Source: Candidatus Falkowbacteria bacterium (GTDB taxonomy: Bacteria > Patescibacteriota > Patescibacteriia > Patescibacteriales > WJLG01). Taken from it: a DNA stretch of 64,000 bases. The notes under the pieces were generated by a model. It was not told where the DNA came from. It did not search any database and saw only the letters and a program-made list of their open reading frames with translations. Shown piece after piece: positions 9,649 through 19,172 of this stretch. Numbering within the stretch: the first letter of the stretch is position 1; each line of letters begins with the position of its first letter. The position numbers were made by a program, and so were the translations under genes. The stretch covers positions 69,618 through 133,617 of the forward strand of contig CAVVFV010000010.1 in NCBI GenBank assembly GCA_963747695.1, in the 5' to 3' direction.

Positions 9649-9730
9649 GCCAATACCAAATAACCAGTATTTAAAACAATATTTTAATATTATATTATTT
9701 TTTGGATATTGATTATTTTATATTGGATAT
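9649..9730. repeat. Intergenic palindrome, F2 family, copy 2
   Basis: GCCAATACCAAATAACCAGTATT ... TTGGATATTGATTATTTTATATTGGATAT. It ends at the murC stop codon (9731-9733). Confidence 0.75.
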
Positions 9731-11122
9731 TCAATTATTAACTAGCGCTTCGCCGACCCGGAAGACATCGCCGGCGCCGATCAAGACAACCACCTGCCCG
9801 GGATCGACTGTTTCGCGCAGATATTTTTCACAAGCCGAAAGATCGGTAACATGGACAAAAATCTTACCCGGCTCGAATTCCTTCATCTTCCTGATCAAAT
9901 CTAAACTGGAAACGCCGCCTTGTTTCTCGCGAGCCGAACCGTAAATATCTAAAACCAAAACTTTGTCGGCATCAGAAAAACTTTGGGCGAATTCATTAAA
10001 CAAGGCTTTGGTGCGCGAAAAAAGATGGGGATGAAAAACCGCGATGATTTTTTCCTTGGGATAAGCGGCGCGCAAACCATCGAGCGTCGCCCTGATCTCG
10101 GTCGGGTGATGGCCGTAATCATCGATGATCGTCGCACCGTTGAATTTGCCCATGATTTTGGCCCGGCGGTCCGTGCCGGAAAATTCTTCCAGATAAGTTC
10201 GGATATCTTTCAAGTCCACGTCCAATTCGATGCTGGCGGCAATTACGGCCAAAGCGTTATAAACATTGTGTTTGCCGGAAAGACGGATCGAAAAATCGCC
10301 GATCACTTCGCCATCCATTTTAACTTTAAAAAATTGCTTGAGACCCTGCTGCTTGACGTCATAAGCGAAAAAATCCACGTCTTCCCGCTTCAAGGCATAA
10401 GTGATTATTTTGCCGCGGCAATTGACGTTGGCGATCTTGGCTATCTCGACATCATCAAAATTGGTCACCAAAAATCCTTTCTTAGGAATTTTTTCAATGA
10501 ATTTAACGAAAGCATCGATATAACTTTCCAAGGTGGGATAAAAATCATGATGATCATGATCGATATTATTCAGCAACACTCCTTTGGGATTTAAAAATCT
10601 TAATTTATTCTGATATTCATCGGCTTCGATCACGGCATAATCGGATTCGCCGAAAACTCCGGCGCCATCAAATTGCTCCACCCTCGCCGCCACCAAAACG
10701 TTCGGTTTCTTGCCAGCCTTCCACAAAACATAACCGAGCCAGGCGGTGGTGGTGGTTTTGCCGTGCGAGCCGCAAACGGCAATGCCATATAGCTGGTTGA
10801 AAGCTTCACCTAAAACTTCGCCGTATGTCATCGTCTTGAACTGGCGCGCCAAAGCGACCGCGACTTCGATATTAGTTTCGGGATTATAGGCCGAAGAATA
10901 AACAATCAGATCGGCGTCAGCCGGAATATTATCAGCGTTAAAGCCTTGGTTAACCTTGATGCCATACTTGGCTAAAACCTTATCGGTCATAAAAACTTCC
11001 GCCGTATCCGAGCCGCTCACCGCATAGCCGCGCACCGCCAAAAATTGCGCCAACATAGTCATGCCGACGCCCTTGATGCCGATCAGATAAATTTTCTTGA
11101 GCTTGGAGAGATCCATAAACAT
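9731..11122 (-). CDS. murC: UDP-N-acetylmuramate--L-alanine ligase
   Basis: 463 aa; GIKGVGMTMLAQFL, GSHGKTTTT, Mur ligase middle and C-terminal domains. Confidence 0.93.
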   Translation of the reverse strand: MFMDLSKLKKIYLIGIKGVGMTMLAQFLAVRGYAVSGSDTAEVFMTDKVLAKYGIKVNQGFNADNIPADADLIVYSSAYNPETNIEVAVALARQFKTMTYGEVLGEAFNQLYGIAVCGSHGKTTTTAWLGYVLWKAGKKPNVLVAARVEQFDGAGVFGESDYAVIEADEYQNKLRFLNPKGVLLNNIDHDHHDFYPTLESYIDAFVKFIEKIPKKGFLVTNFDDVEIAKIANVNCRGKIITYALKREDVDFFAYDVKQQGLKQFFKVKMDGEVIGDFSIRLSGKHNVYNALAVIAASIELDVDLKDIRTYLEEFSGTDRRAKIMGKFNGATIIDDYGHHPTEIRATLDGLRAAYPKEKIIAVFHPHLFSRTKALFNEFAQSFSDADKVLVLDIYGSAREKQGGVSSLDLIRKMKEFEPGKIFVHVTDLSACEKYLRETVDPGQVVVLIGAGDVFRVGEALVNN

Positions 11123-11193
11123 CTTGCTATATTGTTATATTGCTATATTGTTAATCTTTTTTCCGTCGTGCAACAATATAACAATATGACAAT
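11123..11193. repeat. Intergenic palindrome, F1 family, copy 2
   Basis: It fills the entire murG-murC spacer. The right arm CGTCGTGCAACAATATAACAATATGACAAT is nearly identical to copy 1. Confidence 0.8.
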
Positions 11194-12268
11194 TTAGCAA
11201 TTTAATATTCCCCGAATAATCTTTTCTACTTCTTCATTCGCCCCTTCCTTGAACAGCGTTTTGATATTTCTTCCCAACTTTTCTCGCTCCGCCGGATTAT
11301 CAAGCAAGTATTTGACGGCCGCGACCAGGGCATCACTGGATAATATCTTCTGATTAAGAACGGCGGCCGCATTATTTTCGATGAGCAGGGCGGCATTATC
11401 TTCCTGGTGGGAATCAGGCATCGGAATGACGATCGCCGGCTTGCCCGCCGCCGCGATTTCCGACAAAGTTCCGACGCCGGCGCGGCAAACGATCAAGCTG
11501 GCCGCCTTCATTGCGTCGGCGACTTGTTCTGAGTTTAAAAATTCATAAGGATGATAGTTGGCGTGCCGCTTGGCAATCATTTTGCCTTTGCCGGTCGAGT
11601 GGATGACCTGGCAAAAAGTAACCAAATTTTCCAAGCCCTGTTCGACCATTTTATTGACCCCCTCCGCCCCCGTTCCTCCGCCGAGGATAAATACCACCGG
11701 TAAATCATTATTCAAGTTGAATTTTTCCTTAATTGAAAATTGAGAATTGGGAATTGAAAATTTCCGATTGGGGTTTCCGGTCCAAACTGCTTTCTTGCCA
11801 TAATCGTCCAACGATTTTTCAAACGTCACGGTGATGACTCGGGCGAACGGTGCCATTAATTTATTAGCCAGCCCGGGTCGGATATCCAGTTGATGAACCA
11901 AGACCGGGACACGCAAAAGCCAGGCGGCCCAAACCACGGGCACGGCCACAAAACTTCCGGCTGATAAAACTAAGTCCGGTTTTTCTCTTAGGATTAAAAA
12001 AAATGCCTGCCAAAAACCCAGCTTGATTTTGGCGACATCCCAAAAATTATGCCAGTCGAAATAACGGCGCAATTTTCCGGCGGCGATGGCGCGATAGCCG
12101 ATGCCCGCCTCTTTAACCATTTGTTTCTCGACGCCGTTCTTCGTCCCGACAAACAAAAACTCAAAACTCCCCGCCGCGTCGCAGCTCCTCGGCGAGCGCC
12201 AATAAGGGCGAAACTGACCCGGCTGTTCCTCCGCCGGTCAAGATGATTTTCTTAGCTTTCTGCTCCAT
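11194..12268 (-). pseudogene. murG: murG (lipid II GlcNAc transferase) interrupted by a single-base frameshift
   Basis: ATG 12268 opens MEQKAKKIILTGGGTAGSVSPLLALAEELRRGGEF, then TGA at 12163-12161. The rest of MurG (FVGTKNGVEKQMV... 320 aa) continues in another frame from 12156. Removing one base from the A4 run (12163-12166) or the C4 run (12169-12172) restores a normal MurG N-terminus. Confidence 0.8.
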
Positions 12269-12288
12269 ATTCCCAATCTTAGACCAAA

Positions 12289-12320
12289 ACAAAAAATAAC
12301 TCAAATTGAGTTATTTTTTG
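12289..12320 (-). terminator. Putative intrinsic terminator (A/T palindrome)
   Basis: AAAAAATAACTCAA-A-TTGAGTTATTTTTT, followed on the minus strand by a T-rich run. It lies between the orphan ORF and murG. Confidence 0.5.
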
Positions 12321-12340
12321 AATATAAATTATAGATCAAA

Positions 12341-12763
12341 TTATTGAACTTCGGCGAAACCGCCTCCAGCGGAAGCAGTGTCCGGTTTTTCCTGTCCAAG
12401 GACGACAGTTGTCCCCAACAATTTTTGTATTTGGGCATCAGTATAACCTTCCTTTTTTAAAGTCCTGATCGTAGTTTCCGAATCAACGCCGCCGAGCTTA
12501 TCTGAATTTACCATCGCCCAGCCGTGGTTCTCTTGTTCTTTCGTCATAAAGCTGGCGGGTTTTTCAGTTTCATCACCGGCAGATGCCATCATTTCTCCTT
12601 CAAGCGGCGCTTCCCTTATTTTATACTTCGCTTTGAGTTCATTATAAGCATCGGTCGAAGAAGTTCCTTTTTTCTGATGATACTCAATCTTGGTCGTATT
12701 TTTATCTTTTTCAAGAGCCGCTGCCGCAGTATCGGCATTAGCCGGAGGCATGTCCCAAGGCAT
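12341..12763 (-). CDS. Hypothetical acidic protein inside the dcw cluster
   Basis: 140 aa with an ATG start and no recognisable motif. It has its own near-consensus promoter, which supports expression. Confidence 0.5.
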   Translation of the reverse strand: MPWDMPPANADTAAAALEKDKNTTKIEYHQKKGTSSTDAYNELKAKYKIREAPLEGEMMASAGDETEKPASFMTKEQENHGWAMVNSDKLGGVDSETTIRTLKKEGYTDAQIQKLLGTTVVLGQEKPDTASAGGGFAEVQ

Positions 12764-12806
12764 AAATTTTTTGTTAATAATTAAGGTATTTCTTAAATCT
12801 TATTAT

Positions 12807-12835
12807 AGTATAGCAAATATAGATGTATCTGTCAA
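12807..12835 (-). promoter_or_regulatory. Putative sigma-70-type promoter for the orphan ORF
   Basis: On the minus strand: TTGACA (12835-12830), 17-nt spacer, TATACT (12812-12807). Confidence 0.55.
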
Positions 12836-12844
12836 GAAAAAAAA

Positions 12845-13996
12845 TCAATTGCGGGCGGCGCTGGTTGTTTGCCGACTGATATTAGCTACTATTCCCAAGC
12901 CGATTAGAGCCGCCATCAAGCTTGACCCACCCTGGGAAACCAGCGGCAGCGGCACGCCGGTCATCGGAATCAAGCCGATGACGCCGCCGACATTGAAAAA
13001 AGTCTGGATGAAGAGCCAGGAGGCCACGCCGATGCAGAGCAGTTTGCCGAAAAGATCAGGCGCATACTTTGCCGCAACAATGATCCGGTAAAAAAGGAAA
13101 AGATAGATTAACAGGAAGGCGGTGTCGAAAACAAAACCGATCTCCTCCGCCATCACGGCGAAGATCGAATCGCCGTAAACTTCGGGCAGATAATTAAATT
13201 TTTGTCTGGATTGACCCAGCCCGCGGCCGAAAATCCCGCCCGACCCGACAGCAATCAGCGATTGATTAAGCTGATAGCATTGGGCTTTCGCGCCCGCGGC
13301 CGTGTCGAAGGCGCATTCGAATCTTTGCATCTGATAAGGCTTGAAATGGATCATCACCACCAAGGCCAGCGCCGCCAAAAGTACCACAATGACCAGATGC
13401 GATATTTTCCCGCCGCCGACAAAATAAACAACCAGGGAAACGACGCCGATAATCGCCAGGGTACCGAAGTCCGGCTGTAACATCATCAAAGCGGCAATCA
13501 CCAATAACACCACCAGGAAAGGCCCGATACCCTGTTTGAAATCAGAAAGGTCTTTCCGCCGCGCTTCCAGCCAGGCGGCGAGATAAATCAGGAAAAATAT
13601 TTTGACGAACTCCGCCGGCTGGAGGGAAAAACCGAAAATATCCACCCAGCTTCTGGCCGTCTCGCCCTTAAGCGCCAGACTGGGAATAAAAACCAATGAT
13701 AAAAAGATGCATGAAAGGATCAGAAAGAAAAAAGCGTATTTGCGCCAGAGATGATAATCGATCTTATAACAAACGTAAAACATCGCCAGGCCGATCAGCG
13801 CGACTACCAATTGCCGCTTGAAGAAATAATCGCTCTCGCCGTAACGAGTGTAAGCGACAACTGCCGAAGCCGACGAAAGGAAAATCAGGCCGAGGACGAC
13901 CAAAAGCCCGATGGTGATCAAGAGTTTCTTGTCGGGCGCATGGGTTACGGCCGTATTTCTTTTTTGGATGGGATGACCCACTTTAAACATTAACAT
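12845..13996 (-). CDS. ftsW: SEDS-family peptidoglycan polymerase FtsW/RodA
   Basis: 383 aa and polytopic; QPAEFVKI, LPEVYGDSIFAVMAEEIGF, PLVSQGGSS. Confidence 0.9.
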   Translation of the reverse strand: MLMFKVGHPIQKRNTAVTHAPDKKLLITIGLLVVLGLIFLSSASAVVAYTRYGESDYFFKRQLVVALIGLAMFYVCYKIDYHLWRKYAFFFLILSCIFLSLVFIPSLALKGETARSWVDIFGFSLQPAEFVKIFFLIYLAAWLEARRKDLSDFKQGIGPFLVVLLVIAALMMLQPDFGTLAIIGVVSLVVYFVGGGKISHLVIVVLLAALALVVMIHFKPYQMQRFECAFDTAAGAKAQCYQLNQSLIAVGSGGIFGRGLGQSRQKFNYLPEVYGDSIFAVMAEEIGFVFDTAFLLIYLFLFYRIIVAAKYAPDLFGKLLCIGVASWLFIQTFFNVGGVIGLIPMTGVPLPLVSQGGSSLMAALIGLGIVANISRQTTSAARN

Positions 13997-13999
13997 GAT

Positions 14000-14099
14000 G
14001 CGAATACTACGAATTTTTCGCGAATACCGCGAACATTTTAACGAATTTCAATTCGCTTCGCGGATTTTGTGGTATTCGCGTAAAATTCGTTGTATTCGT
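14000..14099. repeat. Intergenic palindrome, CGAATAC-word family (F3), copy 1
   Basis: About 48-nt imperfect arms (GCGAATACTACGAATTTTTCGCGAATACC...TTTAACGAATT / reverse complement) centred at 14049-14051, between mraY and ftsW. Confidence 0.8.
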
Positions 14100-14108
14100 A
14101 TTATATGA

Positions 14109-15146
14109 CTAAAACTTGATATCCAGAAAAAATATCGCTAATCCGATGGCCGCGACGACGCCGGCGATCATCCAAAACCGCATAACGATCTTGGGTTCGG
14201 ACCAGCCGATCGCCTGAAAATGATGATGGATCGGCGAAGATTTAAAAACTTTTTTGCCATTTCTAAATTTCTTGGAAATCATCTGGATTATCACCGACAA
14301 TGATTCGATGACAAAAATAAAACCGACAAAAGGCAAGATAAAAACACTGTTAGTAAGCATGGCGATGACGCCCAAGGTAATGCCCAAGCTCATCGCCCCG
14401 GTATCGCCCATAATAAACCGCGCCGGCGTGATATTGAACCAGAGAAACGCGATCAGCGCGCCGATAATCACGCCGCAAAAAGCGGCCAGATCATACCGGC
14501 CCAAAGCGAAAGAGATGACTGAAAAAGAAGCGAAAGCGATCAGCAAAGTGCCGCCGGCCAGACCGTCTAAGCCGTCGGTTTCATTGACCGAGAAGGCGGT
14601 CGCGACGATAACAAAAATGAAGAACGGAATATACCAGGCGCCGATTTCCAGATTCGTCCAAAAAGGAACGTGCAAAGTCGTCCAGTCCAACTTGAAATAA
14701 AACCAGGCGGCGCCAAGCGCGGCGATTGCCGTATAAATCAACAGGCGGTGTTTCATCCGCAAGCCGCCCTTGCCCTGACCGCGGATATCCAACCAATCAT
14801 CAAACAAACCGACCAAAGCGCTAAAGATCAAAATTGCCAACGGCAAAAGGGTTTCCGAGCGGGAAAAAAAGTTCAGCGGCGAAAGACCGGGGAAAATCAA
14901 TCCGGCCAGATAAAAAAAAGCAATTAATATCAGCAAAGTTCCCCAGATCAGGATTCCGCCCATCGTCGGCGTCCCGGCTTTATGGAGGTGCAAAGCGGTA
15001 AAAATCGGGGTGTTGCCGTTGTTGCGGATCTGCTTGCCCATCTTATACTTATACAAAAAATGCGTCAGGATCGGCGTGCAGGCAAAGGCTAAAATAAAAG
15101 ACAGCGAAGTTAGCAATAAGATTCGGACGAGTTGAAGTTCAGGCAT
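14109..15146 (-). CDS. mraY: Phospho-N-acetylmuramoyl-pentapeptide transferase
   Basis: GTPTMGG, FDDWLDI, NETDGLDGLAGG, HHHF. The ORF-track start at 15173 is TTG inside a low-complexity spacer; the ATG at 15146 (MPELQLV...) is preferred. Confidence 0.93.
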   Translation of the reverse strand: MPELQLVRILLLTSLSFILAFACTPILTHFLYKYKMGKQIRNNGNTPIFTALHLHKAGTPTMGGILIWGTLLILIAFFYLAGLIFPGLSPLNFFSRSETLLPLAILIFSALVGLFDDWLDIRGQGKGGLRMKHRLLIYTAIAALGAAWFYFKLDWTTLHVPFWTNLEIGAWYIPFFIFVIVATAFSVNETDGLDGLAGGTLLIAFASFSVISFALGRYDLAAFCGVIIGALIAFLWFNITPARFIMGDTGAMSLGITLGVIAMLTNSVFILPFVGFIFVIESLSVIIQMISKKFRNGKKVFKSSPIHHHFQAIGWSEPKIVMRFWMIAGVVAAIGLAIFFLDIKF

Positions 15147-15346
15147 ATTGTAAGAGAAGAGAGAAAAGAGCAAAGAGCAGAAACAAACGATATCCTTTTC
15201 CGTCTTTTATCTCTCACTTTCAATTCTTATTTTTTTTATTTAGATATAATTAATTTGCTGATGATTTTTCCTTAACAAACTTTTATTAACTATTTTTTAT
15301 CTATCCACATTCTTCTCTCTGATCTATTATCTCTGCTCTTTTATCT

Positions 15347-15763
15347 TTATCGGAAATTCATCCAATAAATCGGACCAAGGGCCAAAGATAGTAAGACATT
15401 AACCAGAATGGCTGTAGCTAAAAGCAGGTGAGCGACAAATTTAAAATTCTTGTTTTTTAGAAAAACGAATAACAGCAAAAAATTCAGCACGCTGACAAAC
15501 AACCCCAGCAAAGGGATCATATACAGTCTTTGCGCATCACCGACCAGGTCAATGCCGAAATCGACCGTAAAATGCAGGACGGTCAGGCTGTCGCCGACCC
15601 GTCGGGCAAAGAGCCAGACAAATCCCCACAAGGAAATGTTCTGCAACACCAAAACAACCAGATAAATCCTGACGAAAAGCAAACCGAAAACCTCGGCCGA
15701 ATTATAAGAAATTTTACCGCGGGCCAAATCAAGATAATGATAAATTTTAGATAAACCCAGCAT
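15347..15763 (-). CDS. Hypothetical polytopic membrane protein
   Basis: Hydrophobic segments throughout. The ATG at 15763 is preferred over the TTG at 15823. No family was recognised. Confidence 0.45.
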   Translation of the reverse strand: MLGLSKIYHYLDLARGKISYNSAEVFGLLFVRIYLVVLVLQNISLWGFVWLFARRVGDSLTVLHFTVDFGIDLVGDAQRLYMIPLLGLFVSVLNFLLLFVFLKNKNFKFVAHLLLATAILVNVLLSLALGPIYWMNFR

Positions 15764-15855
15764 AATGTTATCCGCCTCATGGCGGAGCCGCACTTCGAAT
15801 GCGGCACATCCGAATTTAATCAACCCTATAAGTTTGATTTTATTTTACCTGCTAT

Positions 15856-16998
15856 TCAGGCTTTTGCCAACTTGGTCAGCTCTTCGATATAATCAGGCGA
15901 AATCCAGGCTTTTTCATTAACTCTGATTTTATCAAGTTCCGCGGGATTCTTGACTGCGGCGGCCATTTTTTCTACCAGATCATTGGCGTTTCCCGGCTCG
16001 AATAAAATTCCTCCGGCCGCTTCGAGTAATTCCGTAATCCCGCCGATCTTGGCGCCGATAACCGGCAAGCGTGCCGCGATCGCCTCATAAATAACCGTAG
16101 GCGAATTCTCGTAACAGAGCGAGGGCACCACCAGGCAGTCAGCTGCCGCCATCAGCTCGGCCACTTCGCCGGGATTTTTCCGCCCCAAAATTTTTATTTG
16201 CTTTTTACCAGCCGCAATCTTTTTTAATTGCTCCAGCTGTGAACCCGCGCCGACAATCGTTAATTCCGCAGCTAATTCATTTTCTACAAAAAACTTGATA
16301 AATGTTTCTAGCAAAAATTTAACGCCTTTATGCTCCTCGATTTGACCGACATAGAGAAATTGGAAATTAGCAATTGTAAGTTTGGTATTATTGGAAACGA
16401 TTTGCTTAGAAAAATAGTTTGGCAAAATTATTTTTTTGGAATTCTTAAAAAATCCCCGCTTCTCGTGTTCGTTTAACAGCCATTGGGATGGCGAAATTAC
16501 AGCCGCGGGCGAACCGAGCAGCCGGCGCATCAGCGCTTGATAAATTTTAGCGTGCGGCGAATTCAATAGTTTTTCTTGGCCCCAAAACAGCAAGCCGGAC
16601 GGGTGCAAGAGCTGAATGTCGTGCAAAACATGAATATGTTTGATTTTCATCCGGCGCAATAAGCGCGGAAGCAGATAGCCGATGCCTTGCAAATTATTAG
16701 TTATGGCCAAGTTCGGTTTTTGTTCCTGCAATATTTTTTTTATCTTAAAATAATTGGCTAGATTAAAAATATCCCCCAGATGCCAAAAAAATCTCGTGAC
16801 GAGCGGATATTTATCCAAATTATAAAAAAGCGACGGCAGATAAATAATTTTATCGGCATGCGAACCGGTCGGCGCGGTCGTAATAATAAAAACTTCGTGG
16901 CCAGCTTTTGCCAAGCCTTCCGCGGTTTTTTCCGCGATCCGTTCAGCGCCGCCGCGAACCCAAGGAGCGTATAAATTGTTGATGATTATTATTTTCAT
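15856..16998 (-). CDS. Glycosyltransferase family 4 (GT-B)
   Basis: 380 aa; N-terminal RGGAERIA and the C-terminal E-x7-E region (PSLCYENSPTVIYEAIAARLPVIG). Confidence 0.85.
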   Translation of the reverse strand: MKIIIINNLYAPWVRGGAERIAEKTAEGLAKAGHEVFIITTAPTGSHADKIIYLPSLFYNLDKYPLVTRFFWHLGDIFNLANYFKIKKILQEQKPNLAITNNLQGIGYLLPRLLRRMKIKHIHVLHDIQLLHPSGLLFWGQEKLLNSPHAKIYQALMRRLLGSPAAVISPSQWLLNEHEKRGFFKNSKKIILPNYFSKQIVSNNTKLTIANFQFLYVGQIEEHKGVKFLLETFIKFFVENELAAELTIVGAGSQLEQLKKIAAGKKQIKILGRKNPGEVAELMAAADCLVVPSLCYENSPTVIYEAIAARLPVIGAKIGGITELLEAAGGILFEPGNANDLVEKMAAAVKNPAELDKIRVNEKAWISPDYIEELTKLAKA

Positions 16999-17061
16999 CT
17001 CGATTGGGTACTTAGTTGATTAGGTACTTAGGAAAAAACAGAAAACTAATCACCTAAGCGC

Positions 17062-18249
17062 CTAATTAACTAATATACCAAGTAATATTTTGCTAATTTT
17101 GTCTCTTGAATATTTTTCTTCTATCAATTTACTTGCCGCCGCCCCCATCTCCTTGCGCCTCGCCGGGTTTTCCATTAAAAATTTTATTTTATTTTTTAGA
17201 TCCGCGGCGTCACCGGGTTCAACTAAAAAACCTTCTTGACCGTCGGTAAAAACTCGGCGCACGCCGGGTAAAGTCGAGGCAATCACCGGTAGGCCGGAGG
17301 CCATCGCCTCCAATAAAACGATGCCAAACGCTTCACCGCGATTGACCGAAGGCAGAACCAAACAATCAGCCTGCTGATATTTTTTCGGCAATTCTTCATC
17401 GGTAACTCGTCCGGCAAAAATTACTTGATCGTTTAACCCCAGCTCGCTGACGCGCGTTTCGTAGCAAGGACGCAAATCCCCCGCCCCGACGATTTCCAAT
17501 TGCCAATTAGACTTTTCTTTGGCCAAGGAAGCGAGCGCGTCAAACAAGACATCGAGGCCTTTGAAAAAGTGGGCGCGATCCAGGCCGCCGACAAAAATTA
17601 TTTTAAAAATTGCGTTTCGCGGCTCTTCCGCTTCAAAATAGGGAGAAAGATCTTCGTGCTCGAGAGCCGGCTGGAATCTGAGCGTATCGACGCTAAAAGG
17701 AACTTCCCTGATTTTGCCTTTGTTAACCGACCAGATCGGCGGCGGCAGATTTGCTTCGGCGTAATCCCGCGAGGCGCAAATTATCAAATCTGCTGACTTA
17801 AAAAGCGCTGGAGCAATAAGGCGGGAGGGCAGCGATAAGAGCCGTAACAGCGGCGAAGAAAATTCCGGAGTCATATGAAAATGAATGATCAAACGGGTCT
17901 TGCTCCGCCAAACGAATTTTTTCAACAGCCAGATAATTTCCGCGGCGCCGAAAAAAGGATAATGCAGATAAACCAGATCATAACCGTTGAGCCGCCAGAA
18001 TAATTGCGGCAAAAATCCCCCATTGCCGATTCGGGGAAATCCTCTTAGAAAAATTGCCTTTGCCTTTTTCCCGCTGTCCCACACCCCGTCCTCGCGCGGC
18101 GCGAGTCCACCCCTCTCGAGAGGGGACTTTAAAGCGAAGGTTTCAACCGAATGCCCGGCCGATGACAAAATACGCGCCGTTTCCAGCGCGCTCGTTCCAA
18201 TCCCCCCGATATTCGGCGGATAAACACAAACAATTTGAGCGATCTTCAT
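17062..18249 (-). CDS. Glycosyltransferase family 4 (GT-B) carrying an in-frame repeat-like insert
   Basis: MKIAQIVCVYPPNIGGIGT..., PSVNRGEAFGIVLLEAMASGLPVIA. The ATG at 18249 is preferred because the ORF-track TTG at 18291 runs into the F3-like spacer. Confidence 0.85.
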   Translation of the reverse strand: MKIAQIVCVYPPNIGGIGTSALETARILSSAGHSVETFALKSPLERGGLAPREDGVWDSGKKAKAIFLRGFPRIGNGGFLPQLFWRLNGYDLVYLHYPFFGAAEIIWLLKKFVWRSKTRLIIHFHMTPEFSSPLLRLLSLPSRLIAPALFKSADLIICASRDYAEANLPPPIWSVNKGKIREVPFSVDTLRFQPALEHEDLSPYFEAEEPRNAIFKIIFVGGLDRAHFFKGLDVLFDALASLAKEKSNWQLEIVGAGDLRPCYETRVSELGLNDQVIFAGRVTDEELPKKYQQADCLVLPSVNRGEAFGIVLLEAMASGLPVIASTLPGVRRVFTDGQEGFLVEPGDAADLKNKIKFLMENPARRKEMGAAASKLIEEKYSRDKISKILLGILVN

Positions 18250-18302
18250 AATTATAACGCGAATACCACGAATTATACGCCAATACCGCAAACAAATAAT
18301 TA

Positions 18303-18719
18303 TTACATTTTTTCTTTGCTAAACAACCATTTTTGCCAAAGATAGGCGATGATAAAAACGACTGCCGCTTCCAGGATATCGGTGACGCCGACGCTCTTAT
18401 TGATGAAAAAAGCGATGATCAAGATGGCGGCCGGCAGCGCGAAAAGAAAAATATCGCTCTTTAGTTTATCAGTAAAATTCAGTTGCAAGGTCAAATCCGA
18501 ATTGCCGTCCCGCTCTTTCTTCTTGGCTCTCTCGCGCCAGAGCTTCAAATTGATTAAAAAAATCAGGACCAAGACTGCCAAGGGCGCCAGCGATTCCAAG
18601 AAGCGGCGAAAATTTTCAAAATTATCGCCGGCGATAAAATAAATAATCGCCAAACCGATAATAGTGATTCCAAAAATAAAATTGATAAAATCGATCAGCA
18701 GATCTTTAGCCGTGGTCAT
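18303..18719 (-). CDS. Hypothetical membrane protein
   Basis: 138 aa with about four hydrophobic helices; no motif recognised. Confidence 0.5.
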   Translation of the reverse strand: MTTAKDLLIDFINFIFGITIIGLAIIYFIAGDNFENFRRFLESLAPLAVLVLIFLINLKLWRERAKKKERDGNSDLTLQLNFTDKLKSDIFLFALPAAILIIAFFINKSVGVTDILEAAVVFIIAYLWQKWLFSKEKM

Positions 18720-18765
18720 CGAATCAATTAAAAGTTAAAAATTAAAAATGAAAAATATTTGAAAA

Positions 18766-19104
18766 TTATTTCATTCCCGGATTTTTTCCGCTTAAGGCCA
18801 GTTCGCGGACGATTTTGGTCAGATCTTTATCCATTTTTTCAATTTTCAAGCGCAACCGAAAATTCATATAGAATAATACTGCCACCGCGGCGTAAAGGAT
18901 GATTTGGATGCCGGAAGCGGAAAAACCCAAGGCGGCGGCCAGCCGATCGAGATCTTTGACAAAAATAACCCCGGCGGCCGCGATGATCCAGAACGCCAGC
19001 CAAAAAATAAATTCATTGGCGGAAACCTTAGCTTGTTTTTTTAAAACAAATAATCTGAAAACAAAAATCAGGATTATTATCAATGCGATTGCTTGCTGAA
19101 GCAT
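18766..19104 (-). CDS. DUF2304-type small membrane protein
   Basis: 112 aa. The C-terminal pattern LFYMNFRLRLKIEKMDKDLTKIVRELA and the position directly next to a GT2 gene match what I remember of DUF2304. Confidence 0.65.
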   Translation of the reverse strand: MLQQAIALIIILIFVFRLFVLKKQAKVSANEFIFWLAFWIIAAAGVIFVKDLDRLAAALGFSASGIQIILYAAVAVLFYMNFRLRLKIEKMDKDLTKIVRELALSGKNPGMK

Positions 19105-19172
19105 TTTAGTTAAAAGTTAAAAATTAAAAGTGAAAAATATTTTTAATTTTTCATTTTTAACTTTTAATTGTA

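Noticed and set aside
15174-15346. The AGAGAAGAGAG / CTCTCTTCT purine-pyrimidine low-complexity spacer upstream of mraY, considered as a long hairpin.
   Set aside because: The complementary blocks are not collinear for a single hairpin (their order is inverted block-wise), so no defined structure is claimed. The spacer also falsely extends the mraY ORF to the TTG at 15173.
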